Positions 29,003 to 32,000 of a stretch of DNA of 32,000 nt are shown here, piece after piece. Origin of the DNA: an uncultured Actinomycetes bacterium (GTDB taxonomy: Bacteria > Actinomycetota > Actinomycetes > S36-B12 > CAIYMF01); contig CAVZGE010000011.1 of NCBI GenBank assembly GCA_963774745.1, positions 44,766 to 76,765 on the forward strand, in the 5' to 3' direction. A model generated the notes under the pieces. The model worked only from the letters and a program-made list of their open reading frames with translations. It was not told the origin of the DNA and did no database searches. The first letter of the stretch is position 1, and the number at the start of each line of letters is the position of its first letter. Position numbers and translations under genes: made by a program.

Positions 29003-32000
29003 TTATGCGCTCGCCTGCTGGGTCTCGGGCAGCTCGATCCAGGTCCCGGAGGCGACCGGGATGGCCACGCCGTCGAGGGTGGGCGCCGGCGCGCCGGCCC
29101 GTTTCGGGACCAGCAGCCACCGGGCCGCGGGACGGATCGTGGCGGTGTCCAGCAGGGCGGCCAGCAGGTCGATCTGGCCGTAGCGGGCCAACGGGGCAGC
29201 GTCGGTGAGCAGCAGCGGCTCGGGTCGGGCCAGCAGCGCGGGCCAGAACTGTGCGGTGGCGTCGGCGACGAGGCGCTCGAGGTTGGCGCGGTCCCCGCTG
29301 CCCGGCGCGGCAGCGTCGGCGCGCAGCACCAGCGACCAGTCCACCCCGGCGGCCCCCGCCCGGTCGCGCATCGCGGCGATCAGCTCGGCGGTGACGTCGA
29401 CGACGGTCACCCCGTAGCGGCGGGCCAGGGCGCCCGGTGCGGCCACGAGGTGGTGGTGGCCCGTGGTCAGGACCGTCGCCGCGTGACTGGCCAGGCTCGC
29501 GGACAGGGCCTCGTGGACCTCGTCGAAGCGCACCGGGACGCCGGGGGTGTAGACCGTTCCGGTGCTCAGCAGCGAACCGGAGCCGGAGTCCTTGCGGACA
29601 TACACCCGAGCATCGGCATCCCACGTCAGGGCCGGCGCGGCCGCGGCCACCAACGGGTCGAGGTCCGGGCGGTCCGGGGCGGGCAGCGCCGCCGGGAACC
29701 GGGAGCCGGCCAGGGCGCGCAGCCGGTCGGGGGTGATCCGCGACTGGGTGGCCCCGAGGACCGCAGCCACGGCAGCAGCGGCGGACATCCCCCGCGGGTA
29801 GAGCTCGGAGCGCGAGGACACTGCGGCGGTGGCGCTCGCCCGGGCGGCCAGCGCCAGGGCGCGCTGCGGGTCCCCGATGCCGAGGTCGCCGGCGCGGGGG
29901 TGGGTGCGGACCAGGTCGAGGCCCACGTTCGGGCCCAGCGGTCCGGTGGTCCCGCCAGCGGCCGCGGCGGCCAGGGCCGCGTCGGTGGAGTCGGCCAGGG
30001 CGACGGCGGCCTCCAGCCGCTCGTCGGGGGTGCCCGAGGTGGTGGTGAGCAGCACCTGGTCGCCGTGGCGCACGAGGGCCAGCGACTCCCCGGCGTCGGC
30101 CTCCACGACGGCCCGGACCAGCCCGACCGCGTTGCGCCGACGATCCGAGCCCTCGGCCGTCGAGCCGCGCAGCGCGACCAGCCGCTCGGCGAGCTCGTCG
30201 GCGGTCGCGACGCCGCCCAGGACGGCCAGTGCGTCGATGACCTCGCCTCGCAGGTCGGCCACGATCGGCGACTTGGCCCAGTGCGCGGCCAGGGCGGCCA
30301 GACTCCCGGTGGGGTCCGTGGCGACGAGGGCGTCGGCCGCCGCGGCGGCGTGATCGGGCCACGTGGGCGCGCCCTCGGGGAGGTCCAGGTTGAGCAGCCG
30401 CCGGGCCAGTCCGGCCGCCGCGGCTGCCCGGGACCTGCCCTTGGGCACGAGTGCCGCCTGGGTGCTCTCGACGCCGCGGAGCAGCACGCCCGCGGCGTCG
30501 TCGATCGTGCTGGTGGTGCCGGCGAACCGGGTGGCCCACTGCCGGCGGCGCCTCTGCAGCTCGCTGCGCACGACGACACCCACCCCCGGCATGCGGTTGA
30601 TGTCGAACGCGGAGGCGTCGATCAGCTCCTGGACGGTCTCGGCACCGATCCGCCGGGCCGCGCTGACGGCCCGCGCGGTCAGGCCGGCCTGTCCCAGGGG
30701 GGTGCTCGGCGTCGCCGCGTCGGCAGCGGAGTCACGCTCGGCCTCGGTGGCCTCCTGGGTGGTGCTGGCCTGCGAGGACGGGAAGACCGCGGCCCACGCC
30801 TGGGCCATGGCGGCCAGGTCGTCGAACCGGGCGGCGGCATCGCGGGCGAGGGCCTGGCGGAAGAACCGGATCAACCCGTCGGCGACCTCCGGCTCGAACA
30901 TGCCCGCAGCCAGGTGCACCTCATCGGGGATCAGCGCCGGGTCGGACTGGCCGTCGCCCCACTCCGGCCGGGTGCCGGCCGCCATCTCGAACAGGGTCGC
31001 CGCGACCGCGAACCGCTCGGCCGCGGAGTCGTACCGGCGTCGCGCCCCATGGCCCAGGAACGGATCCATGTAGCCGTGGGTGCCCGAGCGGACCTTGTCC
31101 AGCGGCTCGGTGGCCAGCGAGAAGTCGAACAGCACCAGGTGCCGCGTCCGGTCCCCGCGGGCCTCGCGCACGCCGAGGTTGTCGGGCTTGATGTCGCGGT
31201 GGAACACGCCGTTGGCGTCGAGGTGGGCCACCGCCTCGAACAGGTCGCGGCCGTAGCCCTCGAGCTGCTCGAGGGTGAGCCGGCCCTCGTCGAGCAGCCG
31301 CCGCCCCAGGGTGGGGCGCCCGGCATCCTCGACCACGATCGCGGTGTGCCCGGCCGCGTCCAGCGGACCGTCGAGGCACCGCACGACCCGGGGGTGGTCC
31401 AACCCCTCGAGGACCTGGGCCTCGGCGGCGATCCGGTCGGCGGCGCTGTCGTCCAGGGCGACCTTGAGGACCAGCCCCTCGGTGCCGAGGTCCGCGTCGT
31501 CGACCAGCAGGGCGACCCCCGAGCCGCCCGAGCCGAGCCGGGCCCGCACGATCCATCGCTCGCTGATCGCGTCGCCGACCTCCGCGTCGCGGGGATCGGC
31601 GACCGGGCCGGGCTCGTCGACGTCGACGGTGGCCGCGAGCGTGAGCTGGTCGAGGAAGGCCGCCACGCTGGGGGTCCGCTCGACGACGTCGGGGTTCGTG
31701 GCCTCGCGGACCAGCGCGCACATGTCCGCGGGCAGCCCGTCGCGGTCGGCGGCCGGGTCCAGCCCGCCGAGCTCCAGCCGCTGCTTCAGGGCGGCGAAGT
31801 TGGTCGCGGGCGGGGCGTCGGTGAGGATCAGGTAGGACAGGACCCCCAGGCCGTAGACGTCCAGCGGCACGCCGGCCGGGTCGGGCTGGTGCGCCTCGGG
31901 AGCCAGGTACAGCAGGGCGTCCTGGACGACCCGGCCGGCCACCTCGGAGACCCCGTGGTAGATCGTCGGGTTGCGGGTGGTGCCGCCCTGCAGGTCCCGC
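29003..32000 (-). CDS. pglW: BREX type 2 / Pgl protein kinase PglW, partial (N-terminus beyond window end)
   Basis: The frame of ORF 29003..31942 stays open to the window edge (..RDLQGGTTRNPTIYHGVSEVAGRVV..). The C-lobe of a first kinase-like domain is visible (LLYLAPEAH, DVYGLGVLSYLIL). A complete second Hanks-type kinase domain follows (LGSGGSGVALLV, VLKVAL, HRDIKPDNLGV, LFDFSLA, GTHGYMDPF). A ~600-aa Ala-rich C-terminal region completes the protein. It lies upstream of pglX on the same strand, as in Pgl/BREX type 2. Confidence 0.8.
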   Translation of the reverse strand, partial: RDLQGGTTRNPTIYHGVSEVAGRVVQDALLYLAPEAHQPDPAGVPLDVYGLGVLSYLILTDAPPATNFAALKQRLELGGLDPAADRDGLPADMCALVREATNPDVVERTPSVAAFLDQLTLAATVDVDEPGPVADPRDAEVGDAISERWIVRARLGSGGSGVALLVDDADLGTEGLVLKVALDDSAADRIAAEAQVLEGLDHPRVVRCLDGPLDAAGHTAIVVEDAGRPTLGRRLLDEGRLTLEQLEGYGRDLFEAVAHLDANGVFHRDIKPDNLGVREARGDRTRHLVLFDFSLATEPLDKVRSGTHGYMDPFLGHGARRRYDSAAERFAVAATLFEMAAGTRPEWGDGQSDPALIPDEVHLAAGMFEPEVADGLIRFFRQALARDAAARFDDLAAMAQAWAAVFPSSQASTTQEATEAERDSAADAATPSTPLGQAGLTARAVSAARRIGAETVQELIDASAFDINRMPGVGVVVRSELQRRRRQWATRFAGTTSTIDDAAGVLLRGVESTQAALVPKGRSRAAAAAGLARRLLNLDLPEGAPTWPDHAAAAADALVATDPTGSLAALAAHWAKSPIVADLRGEVIDALAVLGGVATADELAERLVALRGSTAEGSDRRRNAVGLVRAVVEADAGESLALVRHGDQVLLTTTSGTPDERLEAAVALADSTDAALAAAAAGGTTGPLGPNVGLDLVRTHPRAGDLGIGDPQRALALAARASATAAVSSRSELYPRGMSAAAAVAAVLGATQSRITPDRLRALAGSRFPAALPAPDRPDLDPLVAAAAPALTWDADARVYVRKDSGSGSLLSTGTVYTPGVPVRFDEVHEALSASLASHAATVLTTGHHHLVAAPGALARRYGVTVVDVTAELIAAMRDRAGAAGVDWSLVLRADAAAPGSGDRANLERLVADATAQFWPALLARPEPLLLTDAAPLARYGQIDLLAALLDTATIRPAARWLLVPKRAGAPAPTLDGVAIPVASGTWIELPETQQASA

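Noticed and set aside
28938-30579. 533-aa and 317-aa minus-strand ORFs in alternative frames of pglW
   Set aside because: They are Arg/Pro/Gly-rich shadow frames. The 29003.. frame carries the kinase motifs and runs uninterrupted to the window end.
1-32000. Transposase, integrase or IS element that could explain the insertions in the BREX locus
   Set aside because: No ORF in any frame shows DDE, tyrosine-recombinase or serine-recombinase hallmarks, and no terminal inverted repeats flank the inserted modules. The only mobile-looking gene is the DUF222-HNH pseudogene.

Overview
High-GC (about 70%, spot counts) actinobacterial-type chromosomal segment. The left third (1-9300) carries ordinary or accessory genes: a partial secreted repeat protein, a membrane-protein/XRE-regulator pair with a clear promoter and operator, a frameshifted NAD(P)-binding protein, an M20 amidohydrolase, a transglutaminase-like protein, a SAM methyltransferase, a 5'-truncated ABC-2 permease remnant, a secreted RTX-like acidic protein and a lipoprotein serine hydrolase. 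The right two-thirds (9337-32000) is a type 2 BREX / Pgl phage-resistance locus. It lies on the minus strand in the order pglW (partial) - pglX - pglY - pglZ - brxD - brxHI, and the last four genes have overlapping stop/start codons. Three unusual features stand out. (1) Three extra modules are interleaved with the core genes. A split HipA-type kinase plus a HipS-like/HIRAN fusion sits antisense between pglW and pglX. A PD-(D/E)XK nuclease-like gene follows pglX and is bracketed by a degenerate duplication of the pglX 3' end. A DUF222-HNH gene (antisense) plus an AAA+/wHTH ATPase sits upstream of pglY. (2) pglX, the methyltransferase, is broken into at least 8-12 frame fragments with an in-frame stop, while pglW, pglZ, brxD and brxHI are uninterrupted. 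(3) Frameshifts also hit the pglY tail, the nuclease gene, the HNH gene and the NAD(P)-binding gene. No rRNA, intact tRNA, CRISPR array, transposase or integrase was seen. All family assignments come from motifs read by eye; no database search was possible.
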